From the NCBI GenBank assembly GCA_964016885.1, contig OZ024747.1, positions 55,428,001 to 55,492,000 of the forward strand: a DNA stretch of 64,000 bases, read 5' to 3'. A program made the position numbers and the translations under genes. This DNA is from Eledone cirrhosa (taxonomy: Eukaryota). Below the pieces are notes generated by a model. The model searched no databases and was not told the DNA's origin. It was given only the letters and a program-made list of their open reading frames with translations. Positions within the stretch are counted from its first letter, which is position 1. Every line of letters starts with the position of its first letter. Below are positions 44,061 to 58,005 of the stretch, one piece after another.

Positions 44061-45874
44061 CTGACCATTTCCAAAAAACGATTTCGTGATTCCAAATGGC
44101 TCCCCAAGCTTCTAAAGCCCCCAACCACCACATCCAATCCTTATTCACACTTTCAGTAATCTTCTTATAAACGATGGTGCTCTGTCGTATCTCATATCGT
44201 TCTTCCATCCCTGAAGTTCTTTATACATTTTCCGTTGGTTTATATTTTTGCTTTCTTCTTGATTATATGTTTTAGTGTTAAAATTATTTTGATTTTGTTG
44301 TTTGTGTTATTGTGTAATTTTATTTTTCGTATGTCTCTGCTTGTTTTCGCTTTTGTTTTCATGTCAAACTTGAAATGTAACACCAAACATGAACGGTTAG
44401 AAAGTAAAAGAAATGAAAAGAAAAAAACACCAGTCCCTCACACAAACTCACGCACACATACAGACACATACACACACAAGTCCCGCACACAAACTCACGC
44501 ACACATACAGACATATACGCACACAAGTCCCTCACACAAACTCACTCAAACATACACACACATACACTAACTACACTACACACACCCACATATAAATGGT
44601 TTCCTTTTTTTTTTAATATGTGGAAATAAACTGTAACATAAAATATAATAGCGACAACAACAATAACAACAATAACAACAATAACAACAATAACATTGAT
44701 GGTAATATAATAATAACGATTTTAACAACAACAACAACAACATCAACAATAATAATAATAACAACAACAATAATGATAATAATAATAATAATAATAACAA
44801 CCACAACAACAATAAAAACAACAACAACGACAACAACAATGAGTTATCACTGACGTAAAATAAAATAAGATAGAATAAAAGTATTTAACAAGCCGACATA
44901 ATAAATAACAACATCCTTTAGTAACACCCGCTACTTCTTTAGAAAACATACATCCATCCCCGTAAAACAATACAGGGAAAAAAGGGAAAAGGAAAAAGAC
45001 GAAAAGTAAGAAAAGGACCGAGAAACGTAAAAATTATTAAAAAAAAAAAAATAATAATCCAGTATAAGAAAGGAAAGAGATTCAGAAATTCTCTTTCTCT
45101 AACAAACTAAAGTTGAAAAATAAAACACAGGAAAATAAAATAAAATAAATATAAAGATAATAGGAAATATAAAAACAAAAATAGAAGAAAAAAAGAAGAG
45201 GAGTGGAAAACAATCAAAATCGCCTTTTCTCACCCAACCCAGCCCTTCACACCCTGCCGCACCCCTTCACAGAAATTGTCAATATAAAATACTTCAGATC
45301 TAAAACACTGATTAAGAATGATGAGGGACAATCGTGTTAGCTGGACATTTGACACAATGATGAAACATTAAAAAATAAACTAAGAGAAAACGACTTCTCT
45401 CTTTTCTCCTTCGGTTTCACTTTTCACTAAGTACGGCTTTTATCATGTAGATAGATACATACATATACACAGACAGACAGACAGACACATATATATATAT
45501 ATATATATATACACAGACAGACAAATATACATATATATAGATAGTTAAATACTTACACACTAACAAGCATACATACATACGTATATACATTCATTCATAC
45601 GTACATACACGAATATTCACACACATACACGCACACATATATATATGTGTGTGTGTGTGTGTGTTTGTGAATATGTATATAATCAGTTATATCACTCTAC
45701 TTATTTAGTTATACATTGGATTTTTGTTTCCAATGTCTCTTCATCCCCGTGGGATATCCATATTGCCTTTATTTATTTAAGCATGTTTTCAATATTTTGT
45801 TTTTAACGATCCATTTTTTACATATGATTTATTTTTATGTACATACATATACATTGATATATATATATATACTG

Positions 45875-45911
<37 letters not shown>

Positions 45912-45928
45912 ATTTATGTATGTATATA

Positions 45929-45976
<48 letters not shown>

Positions 45977-46519
45977 TACATATATATATATGTATGTATG
46001 TATGCATGTATGTATGTATGTATGTATGTATGTATGTTTCATTTTTATATTTTATCCAAATAATGCTTGGTTTATGTTCTCTAGTTTATATATGTATCAA
46101 AGTGATTATTATTATTATTATCATTATTGTTATTGTTGTTGTTATATTTTCTTCGCTCGGCTTCAAATGCTGGAAATGTTTTACATTGTCAGATGCTGAC
46201 TGCCAGCGAATTGGCCTAACACCCCTTATTGTTCATGCACCCTCTGGAGTATTCGAGCAGTTCCAAACACTGCTGTTTTCTGCAAGTGTTTCAACCGTAT
46301 TCTACCCCCTATTTTTGGAATATACTTTTCAAGATGTTTACCTATTTTTACTAAGATTCCTTCTATTACTGATATTACTACCACCTACTTAACCTCCCAA
46401 GCTTACCAGGCATATCTATTGACCTTTTCCTTCTTTTTCGCGTGCCTTATCATCAACAGGACATGCTATATCAACAACGGTCCGACAATATTTTCTTTTT
46501 TTCTTTTTCTGGGCCCACA

Positions 46520-46740
46520 TATTCTCCAGAGGGTCGTGGAGGCAGAGTCTTCACTCAAACCCTCCATCCAGCGTGTCCAGTCAGAAGCAACCATTTCCAG
46601 CTGATCCGGCTGTATCTCCAGGCGAGACCAGCTAAGCTCATGGATGTTATCCAACCAACTTGCTCGGGGGGTCTACTCGTGGGTTTCCTGCAAGTTAATT
46701 TTCACCGTAAAATCTGTCCAGTGATTTTTTCCTCAAGTAT
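46520..46740 (-). pseudogene. RTE (Rex3/Expander-like) LINE 3' remnant
   Basis: WLDNIHELSWSRLEIQPDQLEMVASDWTRW...LPPRP matches the Rex3/Expander C-terminal pattern. Confidence 0.6.
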
Positions 46741-46792
46741 CACAATATCTGATCTGACTTCCTATCGTGTTGGTGGTGTTGGTAGTGGCTTG

Positions 46793-46849
<57 letters not shown>

Positions 46850-47259
46850 TTGATGGGTGGAATGGAATGTGCGTGTAGTGGTACGCTGTCACTTGCTTCA
46901 GGTTTATTTCCATGCACTGGGTAATTGCTGGCCTTGTGCCAAACGTAGAAACAAATATTTCCAGATGTGACATGTATACATATGGCATAGTCGTATATAT
47001 ATAAAATTCGCCCAGACACATTGATATAGATTTAACAGATTAATACACACTTCTACGTGTATTATAGGGCACAGTGTTAGGAAGAATGTATGTTAACTCA
47101 TTTGACGGTGATTGAATTCTTCGCTTCAGGCCTGTTGCCAAGAGGGATGCCAGGGGATGCCCGGCATCCCCTATCAAAAGCAAATTTAATTTTGGCATCC
47201 CATCAAACAAGATTTTATTTTAAAAAATTAACACAACAGGTAAAGGCAAAATAAAACAT

Positions 47260-47437
47260 TAATCGTTTTTACTTTAGGCACAAGGCCAGCAATTACCCAG
47301 TGCATTACTGGTACTTTATTTTATCGACCCCGTAAGGATGAAAGGCAAAGTCCACCTCGGCGGGATTTGAACTCAGATCGTAAAGGGACGTAACTATGCT
47401 GGAAAGCATGGCGTCCGACCCTCTACCGATACTGCCA
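47260..47437 (-). mobile_element. SINE family A
   Basis: Near-identical to 32112-32296. Confidence 0.9.
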
Positions 47438-47509
47438 AATGACACAGAATAAGCCTATATAAGACAATATCACAATATTATACGGTTTGACTTGTATTTT
47501 GGACAAAGC

Positions 47510-48920
47510 ATATATACAATATACATATATACAATATACATATATACAATATACATATAAACAATATACATATATACAATATACATATATACAATATGCA
47601 TATATACAATATACATATATACAATATACGTATATACAATATACATATATACAATATACATATATACAATATATGTATATACAATATACATATATACAAT
47701 ATACATATATACAATATACATATATACAATATACATATATACAATATACGTATATACAATATACATATATACAATATACATATATACAATATATGTATAT
47801 ACAATATACATATATACAATAAACATATATACAATATACATATATACAATATACATATATACAATATACATATATACAATATACATATATACAATATACA
47901 TATATACAATATAGATATATACAATATACATATATACAATATACATATATACAATATAAATATATACAATATACATATATACAATATAAATATATACAAT
48001 ATACATATATACAATATACATATATACAATATACATATATACAATATACAATATACATATATACAATGTACATATATACAATATACATATATACAATATA
48101 CATATATACAATATACATATATACAATATACATATATACAATATACATATATACAATATACATATATACAATATACATATATACAATATACATATATACA
48201 TATATACAATATACATATATACAATATACATATATACAATATACATATATACAATATACATATATACAATATACATATATACAATATACATATATACAAT
48301 ATATATATATACAATATACATATATACAATATACATATATACATATATACAATATACATATATACAATATACATATATACAATATACATATATACATATA
48401 TACAATATACATATATACAATATACATATATACAATATACATATATACAATATAGATATATACAATATACATATATACAATATACATATATACAATATAA
48501 ATATATACAATATACATATATACAATATACATATATACAATATACATATATACATATATACAATATACATATATACAATATACATATATACAATATACAT
48601 ATATACAATATACATATATACAATATACATATATACAATATACAATATACATATATACAATGTACATATATACAATATACATATATACAATATACATATA
48701 TACAATATACATATATACAATATACATATATACATTATACATATATACAATATACTCTTATAAAATATACATATATACAATATACATATATACAATATAC
48801 ATATAGACAATATACATATATACATATATACAATATACATATATACAATATACATATATACATATATACAATATACATATATACAATATACATATATACA
48901 ATATACATATATACAATATC
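47510..48920. repeat. 15-bp minisatellite (ATATACAATATACAT)n, ~1.4 kb
   Basis: Highly regular array; source of the IQYTY/YMYIV pseudo-ORFs. Confidence 0.97.
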
Positions 48921-49264
48921 CATATACGAATATCAGGAGCGAGAATATACATACATATCTTATAATATCTTTTTGAAAACTATTTTTTTTGACATTTCAT
49001 CGTATAATGTGTCTTTGCTTGGAATAATATATATATTTTACTAAACAATATTTCTTTATTTTGTTTTGGCATCCCCATGTTTTACCATATATTCGAATGG
49101 CATTACCTGGCAGAAAACCTGATTACGGGTTTGCTTCGCTTATATGTGTTAATAAAAAAATACATTATGATATGTGAATAAAATGTGGCATATACAACAG
49201 GTTCGAACACAAAGGAACCAAACCCCCACTGTCACTGCCTCCGTCTCTAACTCACTTCTTATCT

Positions 49265-49485
49265 CTCACTCTTATGAGCATATGGTGACTCCACCCGCTG
49301 GCTAACCCCGCGGTCTCGGCCGACTGCATAGAGAAGGCGTGTACCCGGAGGACGGTGACGGAGACGCGCTGGAAGAGTCATTCCAGCTCGCGAAGCTCCC
49401 AACTGCGGGTAGCGAGACCTGTGCCGATGGTGGTGAGTATGGATGTGGCCCCAGGGCCAAGGATACCAGCCCTCTCCAGTGCCAT
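49265..49485 (-). pseudogene. CRE-clade non-LTR retrotransposon C-terminal (RLE) remnant
   Basis: ALERAGILGPGATSILTTIGTGLATRSWELRELE*LFQRVSVTVLR..AFSM matches the CRE-type E..G..G..A...QR.S....RGNA pattern. Confidence 0.6.
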
Positions 49486-49631
49486 TGTCTGACAATAATG
49501 ATGATGTTTATGATGATGACTATGATAATGATGTTGCTGGCGAGAATAGGGGGTGACATTGTAAATGGTGATAACGATGGTGATGATGATGATGGTAACA
49601 ATAACAATATTGATGAGGAGGATGGGGAGGG

Positions 49632-49992
<361 letters not shown>

Positions 49993-50234
49993 GTGTATGA
50001 AATCTAAACAATAAGACAATGGTGATGTTGACGTTAAAATGTCTCAAGTAAAATTCATATTTGACGTAGAGTTTTATCAAGAAAAGCCCCCCTCTAACTC
50101 CCCCTCCCCCAATGAAAGGCTCACTTCCTGCCTCCTTAATCGAAAAATGGAATCTCCATCTATCTGCGACGGCGGAAATGGAATGGCGTAAACGTACATT
50201 TTACATAGAAAATTATACTGAAGCTGTTGATATT

Positions 50235-52530
50235 GGCGGTTGTAGGTGATGATGTTGGTGTTGGTGGTGGTGTTGTTGGTGGTAGTGGTAGTGGTGGTGG
50301 TGGTGGTGGTAGTGGTGGTGGTGGTAATGGTGGTGGTGGTGGTAGTGGTGGTGTTGGTTGGTGGTGGTGATGATGTTGGTGGTGGTGGTGGTGGTAGTGG
50401 TGTTGTTGTTGTTGGCGGTGGTGGTGGTAGTGGTGGTGGTGGTAGTGGTGGTGGTGGTGGTAATGGTGGTGGTGGTGGTAGTGGTGGTGTTGGTTGGTGG
50501 TGGTGATGATGATGTTGGTGTTGATGGTGGTGGTGGTGGTGGTGGTGGAGGTGGTGGTTGTTGTTGTTGTTGGTGGTGGTGGTGGTGGTTGGTGGTGATG
50601 ATGTTGGTGTTGATGGTGGTGGTGGTGGTGAAGGTGGTGGTCGGTCGTGGTGGTGGTGGTGTGGTGGTGTTGGTGTTGGTGGTGGTGTAGGTGATGATGT
50701 TGGTGTTGTTGGTGGTGATGGTATTGGTGGTGGTGGTGTGGTGGTGATGGTGGTGTTGTAGGTGATGTTGTTGGTGTTGGTGGTGGTGGTGGTGTAGGTG
50801 ATGATGTTGGTGGTCGTGGTGGTGTTGGTGGTGGTGTGGTGGTGGTGGTGGTTGTGGTGGTGTAGGTGACGATGTTAGTGTTGGTGTTGGTGGTAGTGGT
50901 GTTGGTGGTTGTGTGGTGGTGGTGTGGTGGTGGTGTTGGTGGTGGTGTTGGTGGTGGTGGTTGTGTAGGTGGTGGTGTTGTTGGTGGTGGTGTGGTGGTG
51001 GTGATGGTGTTGGTGGTGGTGGTGTAGGTGATGATGTTGGTGTTGGTGGTGGTGTTGGAGGTGGTGTGGTGGTGGTGGTGGTGGTTGTGTTGGTGTAGGT
51101 GACGATGTTGGTGTTGGTGTTGGTGGTGTTGGTGTTCGTGGTGGTGCTGTGGTGGTGTTGGTGGTGGTGATGGTGGTGGTGGTGGTGGTGGTGGTGTAGG
51201 TGATGATGTTGGTGTTGGTGGTGGTGGTGTTGGTGGTGGTGTGGTGTTGGTGATGTTGGTGGCGGTGATGATCTTGGTGTTGGTGGTGGTGGTGGTGGTG
51301 GTGGTGGTGGTGGTTGGTGGTGATGATGTTGGTGTTGATGGTGGTGGTGGTGGTGAAGGTGGTGGTCGGTCGTGGTGGTGGTGGTGTGGTGGTGTTGGTG
51401 TTGGTGGTGGTGTAGGTGATGATGTTGGTGTTGTTGGTGGTGATGGTATTGGTGGTGGTGGTGTGGTGGTGATGGTGGTGTTGTAGGTGATGTTGTTGGT
51501 GTTGGTGGTGGTGGTGTAGGTGATGATGTTGGTGGTCGTGGTGGTGTTGGTGGTGGTGTGGTGGTGGTGGTGGTTGTGGTGGTGTAGGTGACGATGTTAG
51601 TGTTGGTGTTGGTGGTAGTGGTGTTGGTGGTTGTGTGGTGGTGGTGTGGTGGTGGTGTTGGTGGTGGTGTTGGTGGTGGTGGTTGTGTAGGTGGTGGTGT
51701 TGTTGGTGGTGGTGTGGTGGTGGTGATGGTGTTGGTGGTGGTGGTGTAGGTGATGATGTTGGTGTTGGTGGTGGTGTTGTAGGTGGTGTGGTGGTGGTGG
51801 TGGTGGTTGTGTTGGTGTAGGTGACGATGTTGGTGTTGGTGTTGGTGGTGTTGGTGTTCGTGGTGGTGCTGTGGTGGTGTTGGTGGTGGTGATGGTGGTG
51901 GTGGTGGTGGTGGTGGTGTAGGTGATGATGTTGGTGTTGGTGGTGGTGGTGGTGTTGGTGGTGGTGTGGTGTTGGTGATGTTGGTGGCGGTGATGATCTT
52001 GGTGTTGGTGGTGGTGGTGTTGGTGGTGGTGTGGTGTTGGTGGTGTTGGTGGTGGTGGTGGTTGTGGTGGTGTTGTTGTTGCTGTTGGTATGTCGGTGGT
52101 GTTGGTGTTGGGGTGGTGGTGGTGTTTGTGATAGGTGTTATGGTGATGGTGTTGGTGGTGGTGGGGTTGCTTGTGATAGGTGTAGTGGTGGTGGTGGTGG
52201 TGGTGGTGTTTGTGATAGGTGTGTTGGTCGTGGTGGTGGTGGTGGTGGTGGTGGTGGTGGTGGTGGTGGTGGTGGTGGTGGTGGTGTTTCTGATAGGTGT
52301 GGTAGTGGTGGTGGTGAAAGTGATGGTGATGGTGGTGGTGGAGTTTGTGGTTGTGATAGTAGTGATGGTAGGGAACACGTGGTGAGGGTAGTGATGGATG
52401 TGATGACGGTGATAGTGGTAATGGTGTTGATCGTTATGTTGTTGTTACTGGTGGTATTGTTGGTAGTTCTAGTCATAGTGATGACTGAAGGGGAGATAGT
52501 AGTCGTTGTCATCATGGTAATGGTGGTGAT
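50235..52530. repeat. Complex (GGT/GTT/GAT)n array with a ~725-bp higher-order duplication
   Basis: Landmarks gaaggtggtggtcggtcg (~50630, ~51355) and ggcggtgatgatctt (~51261, ~51986) recur; near-identical pseudo-ORFs at 50913 and 51635. Confidence 0.9.
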
Positions 52531-52535
52531 AGAAA

Positions 52536-52716
52536 TAATTGTGTCTACTTTAGGCACAAGGCCAGCAATTATCCAGTACATTACTGGTACTTTATTTTAT
52601 TGACCCCGTAAGGATCAAAGGCAAAGTTTACCTCGGCGGGATTTGAACTCAAACTGTAAAGGGACGTAACTATCCTAGAAAGCATGGCGTCCAACCCTCT
52701 ACCGATACTGCCAATT
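52536..52716 (-). mobile_element. SINE family A
   Basis: Family consensus motifs. Confidence 0.88.
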
Positions 52717-53056
52717 CATGGAAATAATGGTACGGTAGCTGTGATTCTATGAATAAGGATCTGTTGTACTAATCAGTGGATGTTGGTGAAACATCCGAAT
52801 CTTTCTAGAACCTAGGACAAAATGTCCTTAATATAAGCAGCAGCAACAACAATGGCATCAAAAGAAACAAAACAACAAGTACAGCAACAAGAGCAGCAAT
52901 ACCAACAAGACCATTAACAACCATCACAATAACATCACCAACAGCAATAACACCAACACCAACACCACCAACACCACCACCACCAACACCACCGACACCA
53001 CTAACATCATCACCAACACCAACACCAGCAGAATTGTTATTTTGTGGACAAACATA

Positions 53057-53181
<125 letters not shown>

Positions 53182-53391
53182 ACACACATACACACACACA
53201 CACATATATATATATATATGTATATATATGGCAGTAGCATTAACATGGAGTTAAGCGTGTTTGGTGTGTATATGAAAGCATAAAGCATGTAATATACATT
53301 TATATATAATAAATATTTGGGAGCCTCGCTATCAAAGTAAAAATGTTTTTAATACAAAAAAAAAAGTCTTTCTTTTTTCAACGGCATTCGA

Positions 53392-53444
53392 GAATGCCGG
53401 GCGGCGCTGTTTCAAGATTAGTTAATCTCCAATCAGTCACATTC
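53392..53444 (-). ncRNA. Degenerate hammerhead copy (partner of 53621-53673)
   Basis: gaatgtga-CTGATTG-gagatt-aact-aatctt-GAAA-cagcgccg-CC-cggcattc. Confidence 0.6.
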
Positions 53445-53620
53445 ACTCACTGACATCGAAATAGACTAGAGTTTATATAGATTTTACGTGCTGGACAATT
53501 GCTGGAGATGATAATAAACATATGAAAGACTCGCTAAAAGTAAAAATATATTTTCGTTACTAAAAAATTATTTCTCTCTCTTCTGTTCTGTGAACACTTC
53601 GTAGTATGTCAGTGGTTCGA

Positions 53621-53673
53621 GAATACCAGACAGCGCTGTTTCGAGATTTTTTAATCCCTCATCAGTGACATTC
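53621..53673 (-). ncRNA. Canonical type-I hammerhead ribozyme motif
   Basis: gaatgtca-CTGATGA-gggatt-aaaa-aatctc-GAAA-cagcgctg-TC-tggtattc; 8-bp stem I, 6-bp stem II, palindromic stem III, GUC site. Confidence 0.9.
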
Positions 53674-53899
53674 ACTCTTAGTTGATGGATGTTTGCGTAA
53701 TGCTCATCCACCTACACATACATTTCCCAAGCTGTCATTTCCATTCAACGAATAACAGGAACATTTGCCGTCGGAACTGCGTAGGTTCAACATATACATG
53801 TCAAAATAAAAAGTATAGCATATTTTTTTTTTAAAACATCTGAGAAAAATCTACCCTAACTTCTAGAATACAATCGTGCATATCGTAATGATTCTTTTA

Positions 53900-54895
53900 C
53901 CCGCTTCTCTTACACTTACACCATCCTACCCTCACACTACCTACACTCAACGACCCTACTCTCAAGCCATTTTACACTCACACCATCCTACCCGACCATC
54001 AACACCACCCTACCCCCACAGTACCATACTCTAAAGCACCCTACGCTCACACACCCCTACCCGATCATCAACACCACCCTACCTCCAGAGTACCCTACCC
54101 TACAATACCCTACCTCCACTCTACACTCACACCACCCTACCCAACCATCAGCACCATCCTACCCCCACAGTACCCTATCCTACACTACCCTACCCTCATA
54201 CCACCCTACACGACCATCAACACCACTCTACCCCCACAGTACCCTACCCTACGCTCACACAGCCCTACACTCACACCACCCTACGGTCACACCACCCTAC
54301 CCCCACAGTACCCTACCCTACACTACCCTACCCTCACACCACCCTACCCTACTCTACCATCAACACCACCCTACCCGACCATCAGCACCAGCCTACCCCC
54401 ACAGTACCCTACCCTACACTACCCTACGCTCACACCACCCTACCCGACCATCAGCACCACCCTACCCCCACAGTACCCTACCCTATACTACCCTACCCTC
54501 ACACCACCCTACCCTACTCTACCATCAACACCACCCTACCCGACCATCAGCACCAGCCTACCCCCACAGTACCCTACCCTACACTACCCTACGCTCACAC
54601 CACCCTACCCGACCATCAGCACCACCCTACCCCCACAGTACCCTACCCTACACTACCCTACCCTCACACCACCCTACCCTACTCTACCATCAACACCACC
54701 CTACCCGACCATCAGCACCACCCTACCCCCACAGTACCCTACCCTACACTACCCTACCCTCACACCACCCTACCCTACTCTACCATCAACACCACCCTAC
54801 CCAACCATCAGCACCACCCTACCCCCACAGTACCCTACCATACACTACGCTACCCTCACACCACCCTACCCTACCCTACCATCAACACCATCTCA
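53900..54895. repeat. C-rich (CCCTA-based) minisatellite with ~70/~96-bp units
   Basis: Repeated ccacagtaccctaccctacactaccctaccctcacaccaccctacc; strong C/G strand skew. Confidence 0.92.
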
Positions 54896-55029
54896 CACGT
54901 ATAGCCAGGAAAGTGTCTTTTATTGTCGACTTCCTAAATGATTCTCCTTTAAATCTCGTTTGGCTACCAGATGAGGCTGAGAGCAGCTCACAACTATCAC
55001 TATCACTACCATCACAACCACCAGTTCTT

Positions 55030-56010
55030 GCTGGTCTTGTTGCTGTTGTTGCTGTTCTTGTTGCTGTTGTCGCTGTTGCTGTTGTTGTCGTTGCTGTTGT
55101 TGTCGTTGCCGTTCGTTGTTGTTGTTGTTTTCATATTTTTTGTTACCATTGTTGCTGTAGGTGTTGCTGTTGTTGTTGTTGCTGTTGTTGTTGTTGCTGT
55201 TGCTGTTGTTGTTGTTGCTGTTGTTGTTGTCATTGCTGTTGTTGTCGTTGCTGTTGTTGTCGTTGCTGTTCGTTGTTGTTGTTGTGTTCATATTTGTTGT
55301 TACCATTGTTGCTGTAGGTGTTGCTGTTGTTGTTGTTGTTGCTGTTGTTGTTGTTGTTGCTGTTGCTGTTGTTGTTGTTGTTGCTGTTGTTGTTGTCGTT
55401 GCTGTTGTTGTTGTTGCTGTTGTTGCCGTTGCTGTTCGTTGTTGTTGTTGTTTTCATATTTGTTGTTACCATTGTTGCTGTAGATGTTGCTGTTGTTGTT
55501 GTTGTTGCTGTTGTTGTTGTTGTTGCTGTTGTTGTTGTTGCTGTTGTTGTCGTTGCTGTTCGTTGTTGTTGTTGTTTTCATATTTGTTGTTACCATTGTT
55601 GCTGTAGGTGTTGCTGTTGTTGTTGTTGTTATTACTTATGTTGTTGTTGTTGTTGCTGTTGTTGTCGGTGCTGTTGTTGTCGTTGCTGTTCGTTGTTGTT
55701 GTTGTTTTCATATTTCGTGTTACCATTGTTGCTGTAGGTGTTGCTGTTGTTGCTGTTGTTGTTGTTGCTGTTGTTGTTGTTGTTGTTGCTGTTGTTGTTG
55801 TTGTTGTTGCTGTTGTTGTTGCCGTTCGTTGTTGTTGTTGTTGTTGTCGTTGTAGTTGCTGTTGTCATCATCATAGTTGTTACTGTTGTTGATGTCGTTG
55901 TTGGTGCAGTTGTTGCTGTAGTTTTTGATGTCGTTGATGTTGCAGCTGTTTTTACTGTTATTGTGGTTCGTTGCCGTTCGTTGTCGTTGTCATTGTTGTT
56001 GTTGTTGTTG
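55030..56010. repeat. (GTT/GCT)n array with a ~125-165-bp higher-order unit, 5 copies
   Basis: Recurring ttttcatatttgttgttaccattgttgctgtaggtg landmark. Confidence 0.92.
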
Positions 56011-56243
56011 CTGTGGTCATCGTGATAGTTATTACGGTTGTTGCTGTCGTTGTTGGTGAGGTTGTTGCTCTAGTTGTCGTGGCCGGTGGTGACAATGCTG
56101 TCTGTTGTGGGGGTTGGGATAACTGTGGTGACGTTGGTGTTAGTGACATTTGAGTCTTTGTCAAGTGACAGCGAGCTGAAAGCGGAGGGGTGTATCTCCT
56201 TCACATGTTAAAACGCTTGTAGGCTGAAAAATAAAGTTAAATT

Positions 56244-56942
56244 TTACAGGCATATAATCAGAGTAGGCCCATTCACTCGGGCCATTCTTGCCTCTCTCAC
56301 CCATCTTTCAACAAACTCCCGGGAAGAGAGCACTGCCCTCTCTCCCCTGATTTTCCTATTCAAATGAAATTTAAAAAAGTTAATCAGGGCATCACCGAAG
56401 AGGTAAGTGCTCGTCTTCAGCCTTTTCAGACGCGTCCACCATACTATCTCTTTCACCATGGCCACCAGAAAGATAAAAACTGCCTGCCCTTCCCGGCTAA
56501 ATGAAGAGGGCGGGTCAATCCTCACGATGAACTCAGCTGATAGCCGGATCCGTTCTACACGCGACAGCAGGTGTTCGACATAAACCCACAAGTCAGCAAT
56601 GCTCGGACACTGGACGAGTGCATGCAGGACGGTTTCGTCGCCCTGCGCGCATCTTGGACGTGTCCGGCTGACGGCACTTCCATGCATGTAGAGTTTATCC
56701 TGAACTGGCAAACTCCTTGGTAGCACTGCTAGGCCAGGGATTTCTGGAAATTTTCCATAGGCCCCGGCCCGAAAGTTCTTCCGAAGAGATTGGCTAGTTG
56801 ATTTTCGTCGACGACTAGAGTTTCCCCAAGTACGTCGTCGCTCTTCCCCTCCACTAATCCTCTATAGAACGCCAAGGTGGAGTTTCCACCGATCACATTG
56901 CCCGACTGGTCGAGGGCAGTGAGCTCCTGAAGACATTCCAGT
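56244..56942 (-). pseudogene. L1/Tx1-clade LINE ORF2 C-terminus (zf-RVT region) with an internal stop
   Basis: SLPVQDKL...PRCAQGDETVLHALVQCP...WV...F..RW; stop at ~56729. Confidence 0.7.
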
Positions 56943-57009
56943 CTAATAATAATAATAATAATAATATTAATTGCCATTTATGCAAACTAAATAATTTACC
57001 ACATTCTGA

Positions 57010-57455
57010 GAAGTGTTATAAGCATAAGCAAGAGTCGGTGATAGAAAACGATCAAGTGAAGTTGCTATGGGATTTCAGGATACAGACAGACAAGAAATTA
57101 GAACGCAATAGGTCTGAACGGGTGGTTTTTGATAAGGAAAAAAGATCTTGCCCGATTGTAGATGTAGCCTGTCCCTTTGGGACGGTGATAAAATTAACCG
57201 ATACCAGAATTTAAAGTTGAAATAAAAAAGGTTTTGCGGCTGTCATGAGATCAAGGTACTATCTCAAAGAGTTTTAGTGGATGGTTAAAGAACATTAGTC
57301 CAGCCCCCTTTTTTTTTAACACTTCAACAAAAATGCTTGCTGGGAACAGCAACAATCCTCCGATACGTCCTGAACATCTGAGACGGCAGGTAGCGGCTTG
57401 AGGTCCGTTGAAACAAACTGTTCAGTTAAATAACATCAATGTCCGAGACTCCAAT
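57010..57455 (+). pseudogene. Decayed R4/Dong-like LINE RLE domain ending in (TAA)n
   Basis: KLLWDFRIQTDKKLERNRSERVVFDKEKRSCPIVDVACPF...LQQKCLLGTATILRYVL; (TAA)n at both ends. Confidence 0.72.
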
Positions 57456-57477
57456 AATAATAATAATAATAATAATA

Positions 57478-57574
57478 ATTGTTTCTACTTTTGGCACAAG
57501 GCCAGCAATTACCCAGTGCATTACTGGTACTTTATTTTATCGACCCCGGAAGGATGAAAGGCAAAGTTAACCTC
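57478..57574 (-). mobile_element. SINE family A 3' half
   Basis: gtttctacttttggcacaaggccagc...aaggatgaaaggcaaagttaacctc. Confidence 0.85.
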
Positions 57575-58005
57575 TGATTTCTTTATTGGCCTCAAGGGCT
57601 GGCATCCAGAAAACATTACAGACGGCACAGGACGGTACGATGTGGGTTGTGTGCGTGTAAATATTTTTATTATTTATATGAGAAAAGAAAAAAAAGGACA
57701 TAGAAACATATATATATATAAACAATACAAATGAAAATTGAAACAATGAAAAATTCCCCAATAGGAGGGGAAACCTCCGAGGGTTACTCGTGGCGAAAAC
57801 CACACAAACGACCACGGCCGCCCTGACCACCAGAGCAAGCGCCCTCTCTCAATTTTTCCATCCCATTACAAGCGTATATTCGGAGCGGTCCCATTCACGC
57901 GGACTATTCTCGCTACATTCACCCACCTTTCAACAAACTTGCTAGAGGGCAGCACTTGCCTCTCCACCCTCATTTTCCTCTTGAAGTGAAACTTGAAAAA
58001 GTTAA
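57575..58005 (-). pseudogene. Second L1/Tx1-family 3' fragment with 3' UTR
   Basis: INFFKFHFKRKMRVERQVLPSSKFVERWVNVAR parallels INFFKFHLNRKIRGERAVLSSREFVERWVREAR of the 56244 ORF. Confidence 0.7.

Larger units (their letters stand above)
47127..49133. mobile_element. Non-autonomous hAT-like DNA transposon with nested SINE and minisatellite
   Basis: 8-bp direct repeat CTTCGCTT at 47119-47126 and 49134-49141; decayed TIRs caggcctgttgccaag / cctgattacgggtttg; subterminal GGGATGCC/GGCATCCC motifs at both ends. Confidence 0.65.

Noticed and set aside
44060-44220. Possible NeSL/Utopia-type RLE fragment (VVVG / GALEAWG)
   Set aside because: Short, frameshifted, weak motif only
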